Part shown: positions 1 to 12,273 of the stretch, piece by piece
Layout of the letters: every line of letters begins with the position of its first letter
Numbering within the stretch: the stretch's first letter is position 1
From: Monocercomonoides exilis PA203
Taxonomy: Eukaryota > Protista > Preaxostyla
Direction of reading: 5' to 3'
Length of the DNA: 64,000 nucleotides
Assembly: GCA_001643675.2 (NCBI GenBank)
Contig: LSRY02000074.1
Span: 1-64,000, forward strand
Translations under genes and position numbers: made by a program
The notes under the pieces: generated by a model
What the model was told of the DNA's origin: nothing
Database searches by the model: none
Seen by the model: the letters and a program-made list of their open reading frames with translations, nothing else

Positions 1-750
1 TCTCTTTGATTTCATTCACAAATTGATCCTTTTCGATTCTCTATTTTTTAAAAACAAAAAATAATAAACATCACAAATTTAGCAAACAAGTTTATACCGT
101 CATTGAACTAATGTGGCTCAAAGCAAGCAGCGCCATTTCGACTTCCTTTTGTGCTTTAATGTCTTCCTCCTTATTTAAAGCAACTTTCAAAAGGCTTGAA
201 GATCGAAATGAATTCATATGAAACATCCTCAATCAGCAAAAGATAACCTTCCCACAGATCTATCAAAAATTCGCTCTTCTCTTCCGTTTTCTGCTCTTTT
301 TCTTCTTCAATTATTAACTTCTCAATTCTTTTTCGAAGCAGAGGTTTGAAAACCAGAGGAGATGCAATCATATAACATTTGTTAACCGATACATTTCAAC
401 AGATATGCAGCATTTCCTTTTGAAATTTTCATATTTTCGATTAAATCATTGATTTTATTGAACGTTCTATCATCTAATATGGAAAACAATTGATCTTCAT
501 CTATTTCTTCCGTTAATTCATTTATATCTTCATGTACCAATATCTGCAATGGATCACTACAATCTTTTAACAATTCAAGCATTTCTGCAAAATAAAACAT
601 GAAACAATTTGCACAACTTATCCATTAAAAAATTACGATTAAATACCGTTAAGTGAGCTCGGCCCAATACATCTATCCTTTCCACAACGCAGAGCTGAAT
701 AACAATTCGTCGCCTTGTCCGAGTTGGAAAACTTTTTGATGATGTCTGCC
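1..750 (-). pseudogene. Disrupted member of a lineage-specific helical protein family (KEVEMALLALS motif); runs off the window edge
   Basis: Minus strand reads ...ALNKEEDIKAQKEVEMALLALSH, matching the gene at 25392-26830 (ALNKEENEEIQKEGEMALLALS). In-frame TAA at 382-384 and frame changes near 200 and 340. Confidence 0.6.
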
Positions 751-1393
751 CCATCTAAGAAATAATTTTGATTTGATGATATCAAAAAATTTATATTGGT
801 TTGCGAAAATTAAAATTGTGGAAAAATATTTGGAAAATTGAAAATATTCGGAAAGTTCTTAACTTAAAAACAATATATAAAACTCGTATGACCCAAATAG
901 ATTACTTAAATTTTGAATATCCAAAACTGATATTAATAATAATTAGCATCAACTTCCTAATATAATTTCATTCATTTCAAATTTGTTCAATGATGCTTTT
1001 CCCTGTTCCATAACATTGAAATGCAGACATTCAAACACTCAAACACTCAGATATACAGACATACAGACATGCAGATACGCCTCAACAGCCTTCTATTCCA
1101 ACAGCGAAAAGTCCCTTAGGCTTCTGCCCCAGAAACAAAAACTCAAATTTGAAGTGTTTTTCGAATAAAAATAAATACGATTTGCGCGCAAAGAAATAAA
1201 AGAAAAAAGCAAGCAGCCAATAATCGCTGCACTTTGCAGGCACTGGCAAAAGCAAAATGCAGCCAGGCAAACAACAAAAAAATTGAAAAATAGAAAAAGA
1301 GAAAATCACATCAATAGGGGTTTTGAATCCGCCTTCATCAGTTCTTTCTTTCTTTTGGGCAAGCCGTGCAACACCCGTTCCCCAACAGCACAG

Positions 1394-3536
1394 CTACCCC
1401 TCGGCGTTGTGCAGCATCTCCCGCACCTCTGCCTCTTTCCGCGCCAGCTCTTCGGTCCTGTAAACCTGCAGCCCTTGCACAACAACCGAATGCGCCTCCT
1501 TGTTGTATCCCAGCTGGCTCAGCACTGTCCCAATCCGCGCACACCCCTTCGCAATGTGGTCCAGCGGCGAGTGCAGCGCCATCTGCTGCACCTGCGCCTG
1601 CGCCTGCACCGACGCCACACGCGGCAGCACAAGCACAATCCCAAACGGGAGTGCCACACGCGCAGAACACGAGCAAGCAGGACACAAGTGCCCTCCTGCT
1701 TCCTCCGCCTCCTGGCCCTGCCCTGCCTCCACCTTCTGCTCCTCCCCTGCCAAAACACCCTCCACCGACCCTGCTGAGCCCACTGACCCCAAAGCAGGCG
1801 ATGATGCGGATGGGGATGATGTGGATGGGGATGATGTGGATGGGGATGATGTGGATGGAGATGCAGATAAGGAAGTGGATGAGCAGTCTGTCTCCCCAAT
1901 GCCACAAAAGCCCCCAACCCCCATGCTCACTGCCTGCACTGAAATAGACAGCGCCGCACGAAGCAGCCGTCGCCGATGCCGCACAAGCTGCAGCGCTGCC
2001 GACGAAAGAGACGGCGCCTCCAGCCCATACGCCTCGCGAGCTCCATTCACCCCATTCGCCCCTCCCATCTCCCCTGCTCCACTCTCTCCTCCCTGCTCCC
2101 CGCCTTCTCCATCACCTTCACAAGCTCCTTCATCGCTCCGTGCGCCTCCACAAGCGCGTCCACACTCTTTGCCGTCACCTCAATCTCATCACACCCAATC
2201 GATATATTGCCATCACCATCACAATCTCCTTCTCCTTCTCCTTCTCCTTTTCCATCCCCCTTTTCTTCCCTTTCTCTCCTTTCTTCCTCTTCCTCTTCCT
2301 CCATCTCTTTCATCCGCTCCCCTGCCCTCTCTCCCCACCGCTCCCTTTCCCCCGCCCCATCCTCTGCTCCATCCCCTCTGCCTCCTTCCCCGCCTCGTTC
2401 GCCATCTCCACAAGCGCTGCTGCCAGATTCAGCCGATACAGCATCCACTCCTGTCTTTCACCACTGCCCTCACATAATCTCTCGCCGCCTCTCCCAGCTC
2501 CCGCTTCCTGTACTTCTTGTTCCCCCTCTCTTTCGCTGCCTCCGCCTCAAAGTGCCGCCGATCCTCCAAGCTCGCCTCCCCGTCTCCCACCCACTGCATC
2601 CCCAGCCACTCCATCATCTCTTCCTCCTCCGTCTTCGTCACCCTCGTCCCTGCCCCTGCCCCTGCCCCTGCCCCTGCCCCTTTCCTCCCCGCCAAAAACG
2701 ACCCCCTCCCCGACCAGCTGTGCCCATGCGGATTCGCTCCCGACGACCCCTGCCCCCGCTCGTCCCTATCTTCCACACTTCCTCTTCATCTGCCCCACTC
2801 GCTATCGCCTCCACCTTCCGAAGCCGCTCGTCCTCCCTCACCATCATCTCCGGATAGCTCTCCAGCGACTGCACCATCCTTATCTTCCCATACAGATCCG
2901 CCTCGCACCCGTACCGCTGCATCAGCGGGTGCCGCTCCACTATCTCAATTCCCCTGTCAAATATCTTCTGCCACCCTTTCCGCTCCTCCCGCCCCCGACT
3001 CCCCATCAGAATCTCCACCTCCCTCGCCCCAGTCACACACGCCTCGTTCCCGCGCTCTATCTCCAGCCCCCGCTCAAACGCCGCCTTCGCTTCCTCCAGC
3101 CGCTTCAGCTTTATCAGCGCATTCCCCTTCCGCGAATACCCCTTCACAAACCCCGCCGCCAGCCCAATGCACTCCTCCGCATCCCGCAGCGCTGCCTCGT
3201 ACTCCCCAGCGCAGTAGTGGCACAGCGACCGGTTCGAGTATATCACATGGTTTCTTCCCTCAACCTCCAAGCAGCGCGTGTAAAGCTCAATCGCCTCTGC
3301 ATATTCTTTCCGCTGGTACGCCGCATTCCCCAGCGCTTTCAGCCTGCTGCCCTGCAACCCCGATGCCCCAGTCCCACAACACCCCACAAACACAACCGTT
3401 CGTGTTCATGCCCAGAAAAGCCCACACAAAATAAACAAATAAAATACATATATAGGAATAAGTAAAAAATTTTATTTTTTTTTAAACATGTTCAAAAAAC
3501 ATAGAATTCTGCACCGCCCCACACCTCGTCAGACAT
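1394..3536 (-). CDS. TPR-repeat protein with STI1/Hop-like carboxylate-clamp TPR; apparent frameshifts in the assembly
   Basis: Exon 1 is MSDEVWGGAEFY (3536-3501), followed by a GT-AG intron at 3500-3352. Then LKALGNAAYQRKEY..YSNRS..KGYSRKG and a second TPR, AKERGNKKYRKRELGEAARDY..LYRLNLAAAL. The frame changes at G-runs; the 3' end is approximate. Confidence 0.7.
1801..1862. repeat. 15-bp tandem repeat (GATGTGGATGGGGAT, about 4 copies) encoding SSPST repeats
   Basis: Directly visible. Confidence 0.85.
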
Positions 3537-3815
3537 TGCTGCACAACAGTCGCCTCAACAGCAGCAAGAACAGAAAATCGTGAAAAACACATTTCCATAC
3601 TATTTTTCTTCAATTTGCCACGACACACACTTTTGCGTTTTCCTTCTTCCAGCGTTTTGCCGCTGCATGCCCAGCACCGTGACATCGAATTTTGGTGAGT
3701 GTCTCGTCTTCTGCCGATTTCAATTATTTGTTTTGGTTGCTTGTATTTTTTGTTTTTGCTTGTGCCGGGACAGCAAAAGCGAAGTATTTTTGGAAGGATA
3801 TTATCTGGCGTTCAG

Positions 3816-6800
3816 ATGAGTTATGTGCAGAACGGCCGGGAAAGACGCGGCGGAAAGAGAGACCGGTTCCGCGGAAATGGAAGAAAACGATATCGGCCGC
3901 ACGGCGGCGCGGAGGAGAAGAAGTTTGAGTCTGTGTACATCCCATCTGTGCGCGAGCCGCTTGTAGAGGCAGATGTTAAATCGGTATCAGAGCTGCTTGA
4001 GCCGGCGGGACAGGGTGCAGCGTTTTCCAGCGAACCGATTTTGTCGTCGATGCTGCCTCCACAGCAACAACAGCAGCAGCACAATTATAGCCTCGCCAGC
4101 AGTGCTAGCAGTGCCAGCAGCATTGGCGGAGTCACGGTCGCGACGAGCGTGCCACCGCCACATGTGCAGGCGCAGCGGCAGAATGGAGAGCATGGGCTGA
4201 GCGCCGCGATTCGAGGTGCAGGGGTGCCTCTAGGAGGCGGGCCAAGCTCGGCGAGGGAGCAGCCATTGCCTTTCAAGGCGCAGACAGCGCTGCCCGCTTC
4301 GCCATACAAGCCACCACCACAGCCACCACAGCCACCGACGCGGATAATGCAACAAGCTGTACCTGTGCCTGTGCCTGTGCAACGCCGATCAGGCGCGCCT
4401 TCGCTTCTGGATTTGCTGGATCCGCAGAAGCCACCTCCGGGGCACTGCGAAAGCTGCTCTTCCGCGGAAGGAGCGGAAACGAAAGCGGGGCGGCAGAGCG
4501 AAGGAGGCGGAGCACCGCCATCGGGGCACTCGTCGTTTCAGTATTCTTCGGGCTCGGGCGCACGGAGCACAAGCCGCATCCCCCGTTTCCAGGCGGCACA
4601 GGGCCTGGTGTCTTCTTCGCTGTCGACAGCTGGGCAGGCTTGTGGGCAGCAGGCGCAAGCGCAGGCAGGCAGCGCAGATGCCTTTGCAGACATCGACCTT
4701 GACCTGGCCCCGATGAGCGGAGCGCCGAGGGAGTTCACTGTTTCGTCGTTTGATCCGGAGGTCTTCAGGGAATTTGCAGAGATTGTGGTTGTGGAGAAAA
4801 GAGATGGGTTTGCGGAGCTGAGGAAGGAGCGCTCTGTTGCGTCTCTTTTGGAGCGCTTTTCGATTTCTCCCTCTTCTTCTTCCTCTCGCTCTTCCTCTTT
4901 TTTTCCTCTGGGATCTGTTGGGCGGAGTGTTGCTTTGTCGAGCGTGTTCCCTGCAGCTGGGAAGGAGGAGCCATTCAGCCATGCAGGGCTTGTGCGGTCG
5001 TTGTGCCCGCTGAGCCACCAGAATGCGTCGAGTGCTTCATCGGTGCTTCCGGGGCTGCGGCATGTGCTGAGTGTTTGGGATGTGTTCAGGTGGGTGGAGG
5101 AGAAAGGGGTTGAGGTGCGTGTGGTGCCGAAAAGAGCAGAAACTGTTGCCTACAAGCAGGCGGTCTCTTTGCCATCATCATCGGATTCAGGCTATTTGGA
5201 GGAGGATTCGGCTCGCAGGAGCGCTTCGGAGTCATTGTGGGGCGAGCGAGTTTCGGAACAGACCGCAGAGTCGCACTTGTTTGTGGGTGATGCTGAAAAG
5301 GGAGAGGAGGAGGAAAAAGGAGAAGAGAAAGGGGATATAGTTGGACAATGCAGCCAGGGCACAGAAGGGTTTGATGGGGAGATGCTTCCGGCAGCGCCTT
5401 CTTCGCCAACACACGCAAGCACAGAGGCGTGGAGCGATGACGAGTGTTTGGAGGAGGAAATCAGCTTTTCGGCGCTGCCTCCACCACCGCCGTCTCCGTT
5501 GCCATTACCGTTGCTGTTGCCGCCGAGAGGTCAGATGAGCACAGCGGGGGAGAACAGAAGAGAAAAGGAAGAGGAGGAGGAGGAGGAAGAGGAGGAGGAG
5601 GGCGAGGAGGGCGAGGAGGAGTATGCTTATGGGTATTTTGACGATTTGGAGAAAGAAAATGCAAAGAAGGAAGCGGGAAAGGAGTTGGGTGGGGCTGGCT
5701 TGCAAGGTGGGAGGAATGGGGCGATTTGCAGGGTCGAGGATGAAGTTGGAAGCGACGCGTCGAGTGTTTTCCAGCAATCACTCCTGCTGCGCATCCCCAA
5801 GACGCTTCTCATGCAACATTTTCCATCAGCTTCAACACCAACAATTTCCTCCCCTTTCCCTTCCTCTTCTACTTCCCCTTCCCCCTCACATTCCTCTTCC
5901 TCTTCCTCTTCCTCTTCTTTGGGGGTGTTTTCGTGGGATTATTTCAGCGACTGGCAGATTGTTCCGTTTTCTGTGTGTGACTTTGTGCCGAACAGCATTT
6001 ACACGATGCTGGCAGCGATAGTGCTGTTTGTGCGAGTGAGGATTGTGGAGTGGCTGAAAGAGGATGACAGACAGGTGAAGGCTGAAGAAGAGAAAAGAGA
6101 AAGGGAAAGAGAAAATGGAAGGAAAGCGAAAGGGGAGGAAGATTTGGAGAGGGGAGAGGAGGAAATGGAGGGGATGCACTTTGGGCTGGGGATGGGTAGG
6201 GCAGATGGGGCAGATGGGGCAGAGCAGAGGGGGAAGGCGGGTTCAGGGTTGGAGGAGGAGGAGCAGCAGCAGCAGGGCGGGGCAGCGGCTCCGTTCTCCT
6301 CGCTTCTTCTTTCTGTGTTCCCGACTTACCGGCCACTGCGCACGCTCCCGTTTGTGCCGCCGCTTGTGCCGTGCGACTACTTTGCGCTGTCACCTGTTGT
6401 GCCGCCTGTGCCGTTTGGGTCTGTGTGTGCATCAGCTGTGCACTGCCCTCCAAGATGCACACCTCCTCCACTGGATGGTCATCCTCCGCTGGATGGCCAT
6501 CAGGTGGAGAGCTTGGCTGTCCGAGGGTGGAGGCGGGGAGTGCATCTGGCTGCCGCCGCTGTTTGTGCCGACGCTGCCGTTTGCACTGCCGCCGATGGAG
6601 AGGCAGACGCGGAAGATTCTGCACCAGATTGCGCGGCTGTTTGGGTTTACGTCGAATTCGAAAGGGAAAGGTGTGCTGTGGCATGGTGAGGTTATTATCA
6701 TCATCATCATTATCATTTATTTATTTCTCTTTCATATTTTATCTGCTTGTGTGCAGCGGATGGGATGCGGCACATTGAGGTGAAGAACATCTCCGCCGCG

Positions 6801-7831
6801 TGTGCGTCTGCAGAAAACGGGCGTCTGTCGTCGCTTCCGTCGCTGAGGTCTGTTGTGAAGGAGATGCAGCAGTACAACCAGCATGGGGTGTCGTTTTATG
6901 GTGTGCCTTGTAACTGATGATAATGGTGGAAGTGGAGAAATTGAGGGGAGGAAATTTGTGAGAGGAAGAAATTTGTGAGGGGAAGAAATTTGTGAGGGGA
7001 AGAAATTTGTGAGAGGAAGAGTGGCTGGTGTTGAGTTGCAGAAGATATTCATTTCTCCATTTTATTTTCATTTTATTTTTTTCTCTCTCTCATTTTTGTG
7101 CAGAGCTGTTTGGGACGACAGCGTTCTTCCCGTCCTGGTTCACGGAGGCGCAGCGGGAGGAACATCTGTTTGCGCGGCGGGTGTTTGGGCTTCTGCATCC
7201 GGTGGTGCGGCTGCCGACGGGAGTGCTGTGCGACGTGGGGTGGGCGAAGAAGGTGGTGATGCGGTGTGTGGAGTGGGTGGAGCAGCAGGTGAAGAAGGAG
7301 GAGGAGAAAAAGAAGGAAAGGGCGTCGAACTCTTCTGTGCCCCCACACGCTCCGTGGCGTCTGCCGCGGCGGCTGCTGATCCCTGGGACGCAGGTGCCGA
7401 TCAGCGCGCTGCCGGTGGGGGTGAGCCTGACGCTGCGGCTGTTTGATGCGGTGGAAGGGAGCATGAACCGCGGGGAGGTGGCTGTGGAGGAGGCGAAGAA
7501 GCGGCGGGGGCGGGGGAGGCGGTGGCAGGCAGGCGGGGTGGAGGTGGGGCAGTTCGGGGGAGCGGTGGAGAGCGAGGGGAAAGGCGATGGAGAAGACAAA
7601 GGGGAGGGGAAAGGCGAAGGAGGGGTGGTGCATCCGATGTACGAGAGGGTGGCCGCGGAGGTGGGTGGCGGTTTGGAAGGAGGAGGAGGAGGAGGGAGGG
7701 AGAACATCGGGTGGCGGCTGCTGGTGAAGAGCGGGTGGAAGGGGACGGGGCTGGGGGCGCGGGAAGACGGGATGCTGGATGCGCTGGAGGTGCAGGTGCG
7801 GCGGAGCAAGAGCGGGCTGGGGAAGCAGTGA
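3816..7831 (+). CDS. R3H + C-terminal G-patch protein (Sqs1/Pfa1-like architecture)
   Basis: R3H-like LPPMERQTRKILHQIARLFGFTSNSKG (about 6590-6670) and terminal G-patch ENIGWRLLVKSGWKGTGLGAREDGMLDALEVQVRRSKSGLG. Introns near 6670-6756 and 6888-7103; one frame change near 6420; start uncertain. Confidence 0.75.
6950..7017. repeat. Intronic 17-bp tandem repeat (AGAAATTTGTGAGRGGA x4)
   Basis: Directly visible. Confidence 0.85.
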
Positions 7832-8081
7832 AGGGGGGCAGGGCGCAGGTGGAGCGCGTTGCCAGACTGGTTTTCCATTCAATTTTGCTATTTTTGTCAT
7901 TTGTTTTGCTGTTGGGGAAGAGAGGATGGAGCGAAAGATGTGTTTATCCCAGTTCTCAAAAAAATAAAAAATAAAAATCTACTGTTGTACTTCTAATGGC
8001 TTTCTTTCATGTATTTGTTGGCCACGCAGCGTGACGAGAGAAATATAAAATTGAATTTGAATTTGGAAAAAGATAAAAAGA

Positions 8082-8153
8082 AGCGGCCTACCGGAATTGA
8101 ACCGGTGACCTAGTGATCTGCAGTCACTTGCTCTACCGCTGAGCTAAAGCCGC
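8082..8153 (-). tRNA. trnC-GCA: tRNA-Cys(GCA)
   Basis: GCGGCTTTAGCTCAGCGGTAGAGCAAGTGACTGCAGATCACTAGGTCACCGGTTCAATTCCGGTAGGCCGCT: 7-bp acceptor stem, D loop, GCA anticodon, TTCAA T loop, U73 discriminator. Oligo-T Pol III terminator immediately downstream. Confidence 0.97.
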
Positions 8154-10247
8154 ATGACATCCAAATACTCTCCTGCCCCTTCTCACCCCTCGTTAAATAG
8201 CGCCTTTTTTTTGATAGATTTGAAAAATAAAAAATTAAAAAAAAAATATGTTTTTTGATCCTCATTGGAATAATAATTATTTTTCTTTTTCTTTTGTTTT
8301 CTTCGCTGAACCAATTTCTGAGCATTTCCGCCATGCGCTGAGCGTTTCTGAAAGGGAAGCAGACTTTGCAGCGAAATGCTGATAATTGGCCGAAATGGAA
8401 ATTCCTGCATGACTTCATGGGCTGTCTGCTTTCGAATGTTGTGAATGAGCAGCTTATTTTTTTTTTTCAAGCCGTAGCATCCATTCTCGTTGTTCTCGTT
8501 CCTGCACATGCACCGCAGACGCTATCTCGACAATCTGCGATGACGTTGCATTTCACTCGCTTTTGCGTTTCCATCGGCGCCCATCTGCGCCAAGTGGATT
8601 GCAAATCGTTATTCTCCTTTTTCTCTCCATTTCCTCCTCCCCCCAGAATTTTAAGCGATGTGGTTGCACCCAAAAGAATCTGCTTTATATTTTATTTTTA
8701 AGGAAGGTTTCGCTTCTGCCCATGTTTGTGCGCAGCTATCCTGCTTATAAACAATTCTTTTTTTTTTTGGAGTTGCACAAGAAGTCCCATTCGAATATTC
8801 GTGTCTGGCCCTCAGACAACGTTTGCCAACAATTTAACGGGACTGAGCCGATTGGCATCGTTGACTCTTGAAAGCCCTTGAAGGAAGTGCTGTCTGTTTA
8901 CTCGAGCAGGGAACCATCGTCTCCTTTCGTATCACTCCACATCTATGGGCGCGATGGCACAGGAAGGGCGTGGCACAGCTGCAGATGCCAGTGGAACGTG
9001 GTGGTAATTGTTGCAGCAGTTGACGATGCTTCAAAAAAGGAAAAGGCAAATGGGGATACAAAGAGAAGACTTCACGAATGAAAAGAGAATGAAAACAAAG
9101 AAAAAGTCAGGTTCAGAAAACACAAAGAAGAAATGGACTTGAGGAACAAGATTTTCGTTTTTATCAGTTGCAGCTGCACAGCAATCGCGAATCGAGTGTT
9201 TTGTTTGCTCTTCATCAGTTCAGCACAGGACGCACACAGACATCCTTCTGAACATGTGGGTTTTTCTGGAAAAGGCAAGAGCTTTCACAGCACCAGGCGG
9301 AACTTGGCAGCACCAGACAGCATGCAGTTCTGTGCTGCTCGATGGGATGATTTGTCCATCAAATCCTGCATTTGTTTCGTGTTTGTGGCTCTTTGCATTC
9401 ATCATTATCATCATCTTCTTCTCCTTCTTCTTCTGCTTCTGTCTGGTCTGATGCATTTCACGCGCAACAATGTTATTTTTTCCCCTTGTCTTCTGAGCAG
9501 TCGCACCTCCAGCTGCATTCTGTTTGTGTGCTGCAACACTCTCCGAGCCAGCCAAAAGCAAGTGTTCAGACATCGCCCAAACACATCCTCTTTTCTGCCT
9601 CATTCACAGATGGTGTTTTGCTGAGACCTGTTTTTTTCCCTCTCTGCCCATCTGCAAAGACGGAAAGATTCTTCTCTGAGTGTGTTTTCATCTGCATTTG
9701 CTTTGGCGTGTCTTCTCCTCTTCTGGTTCACACTGGCAATCATTCTCTCCTTCTGAGTATTTTGTTGATTCTGTTTCTCAATCTGTTGGCATTGAAGAAA
9801 AGATTCCTTTCTTCGCTTCAAAGAAAGATCGAAATTGCATCATTGAAGAGGATAAAATCATATTTCCACCCTTCTTTTTTTTCAATTCGTCTTCTGTTGA
9901 ATCTTGAACCTGCTTTTCTTTATTTTTCTTTTATTTTTCTTTTCCTTTCTTTTCTTTTTATTCTATTTTGAGTCAATAAATGAATCTTTGCAAAGAATAA
10001 AGCAAATATTTGATTTATGCGCTTTTCCAATGTTGAGATATTAATGGGCAATCAGGAAAATTGAAGGAATCAAAGAACTCCTATCGCTGATAAAGATGGT
10101 GAAATAAGAAGAAAAAATAGTTGCTGTGAGTTGAGAATTTTGTAAAGTCAATTTAAAAATTTATTGAGTTGTTAAATATTTTCACATTTGAATATTTTTA
10201 ATATTTTACAAAAATTGTGTTTGTGTTAAAAGGATTAACCAATCTCT

Positions 10248-11305
10248 TCACAATTTCTTGAATATAACGGTCGAAACAACACTTCCTATTTTGCCGCCAA
10301 ATTCAAATGTTTTGTGTGGAATATGATTGAATACAGCAAATCCAGTTGTCTCCGTCATTTTTTTGTCTTCTTTGGAATCTTTTTTCGCTTCAGTTGTTGC
10401 CTCTTTTTGATGTTCACATTTCTCCTCGTTTTTATCTTCTGATCGAACAAAATAACGAATAAGTTCTTCTTCTGTCCAATTGCACGACGTAATTATAAAT
10501 AATCCGCCTTGCTTTACACATTTACATAGTGCTTTACACGAATTTCAAAATATGAAAGGAAGAAGGGAAAATAAAATAAAATAAAAAATCCTTAAACAAA
10601 TTACAATGAATAAGTTGTTCAAACAATAGTAGTAAGCATTTCTGTCAATTCCAGGGCGCAGTTGGATTGCATCAAACGTTCCTTTATCATGCACAACCTT
10701 TGAATGTTAAAAAAAATGCATTTGTTTGAGTTATTGTTAAAATTAAATGAAATTTTCAATATAAAATTGGTTCAAACATCGAATGGTTCCACTTTTAACA
10801 GATTCAGAATGTCATCTTTCAGAAAATCAGCAGCAACAACAATAATGTTAACATCAGATGAAATTTTTCCTTCATTCTTTTTATCAGAAATTTGCGACTC
10901 ACAAAGCTGGATAGAATGAGGAGAATAATCCGAGCCGTACAAATTTAAATATCCTTCTTCTGCCTAAAAGAAATATTAACAAATGCAATTGAAGATGGAT
11001 TTTTCATGCCATTGAAATCAAAAATGCGGCATTTCCTGTGCCAACATCATAAATTGTCTTTGATTTTTCTAGATCCAAAACGTCTTCGATGAATTGTATT
11101 ATTTTCCACTGTGTATCTTCGCCAAACCTAAAAAAAATTCAAAATATAGGAATAATCGGACTTTCAAAAGACAAAAAAGGAAAGCTAACCAAATTTCTCC
11201 AACATCTCCATGATCTTTGTAATTAATAATCTCTTGTTCATATATCTCGTTCCAATGCTCAATTTTCCCTAAATTTGATGAAAATTCATCTTCTTCAATG
11301 CTCAT
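10248..11305 (-). CDS. EFM4: Protein-lysine N-methyltransferase EFM4/METTL10 (EEF1AKMT2-like), 5 exons
   Basis: Spliced translation gives LGKIEHWNEIY..GEIWFGE, DVGTGN (motif I), GSDYS, HDKGTFDAI, IITSCNWTEEEL and FEFGGKIG..STVIF, all typical of EFM4. Confidence 0.9.
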
Positions 11306-11648
11306 TTGCTTGTTTCCAAAAATATTGAATTAAATCATTTTGATATTGATCAAAATGTTTAAGTTATTTTTGTAAAAAAAAATGCACACATCCTTCCTTT
11401 TTGAAAAAAATTAAGAAAACAAAATTTCAAAATAAATTAAAGGCAAGATCTAGATCGTTTTTATTAAAATAGATGAATATCAAAGCTATAGTGACTATTT
11501 GAATTTTTGATATCTTATTATAATTTTACGATATTGATTAAAATCTGAGGGAGCTTCATTTCGTGGATTCTGTGCGATTGTTATTTGACATGATTTTTTA
11601 TGAAATTGTCATCTACAGTTTGGAGCTTTTACGTTTTGTTTTGTAATA

Positions 11649-12273
11649 ATGAATTCGTTATTATTCATTATTGCATTGCTGCATTTCATTGCTGGGTCAT
11701 ATCCATCTGATGATTCATTGAGAGGAAAATTTGATTCAAATGTATTTTTAGGTCAATTTTATCTTTATTTGATCGTTTATTTTGCTTTAAAAAATAAAAG
11801 AATGATTTCCGAAAATCTGGATATTCTTCTCCATATTCTCGTTCTGGGAGCAGAAATAACCAAAAAGGTTTTGGTAATTATGATAAGTCAAGCTATCGTG
11901 ATATTTTTGATGATCCGTATGGCAGGACTGCAGTTTGTCGATTTTTATCTAAAGTTGTAATATGAATTGCTTTGTTTTATTGGGTTTATGGTTGTTATAA
12001 CAGTCATCATACAGCTATCAAGAAGGTCCGTCAAGAAATTCCTATCGATCAACATCATCTCGTCCATCATCGTCCAACAGCCATCCAGGAATTATCAGCA
12101 CCGTAAGTGATAAATACAAAACAAATCCAAATTCTGCGGCTTATGAAGGAGGAGGTGGTGGAAGACGCAGTCACACTTCTTATAATGATTATTATACAAA
12201 AGGAGCTGGAACCGGAAGGAGAGGAGACACATCTAACGAATACAGAGTTGGACCTCCTGAATTGTATAGATGA
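11649..12273 (+). CDS. Small secreted S/G/R/Y-rich hypothetical protein (multi-exon)
   Basis: Signal-peptide-like MNSLLFIIALLHFIAG and short introns. Last exon reads SSYSYQEGPSRNSYRSTSS...YEGGGGGRRSHTSYNDYY...GPPELYR* (TGA 12271-12273). Confidence 0.6.

Noticed and set aside
382-384. In-frame TAA as possible stop-to-Gln reassignment (known in some oxymonads)
   Set aside because: Hsp70 and NNT end at TAA and long conserved ORFs have no internal TAA/TAG. The same gene also has frameshifts, so it is a pseudogene.
1283-3465. Plus-strand Pro/Ser/His-rich ORFs
   Set aside because: Antisense to the G-rich TPR gene.
6950-7017. CRISPR-like repeat
   Set aside because: Head-to-tail units with no spacers; eukaryotic intron.
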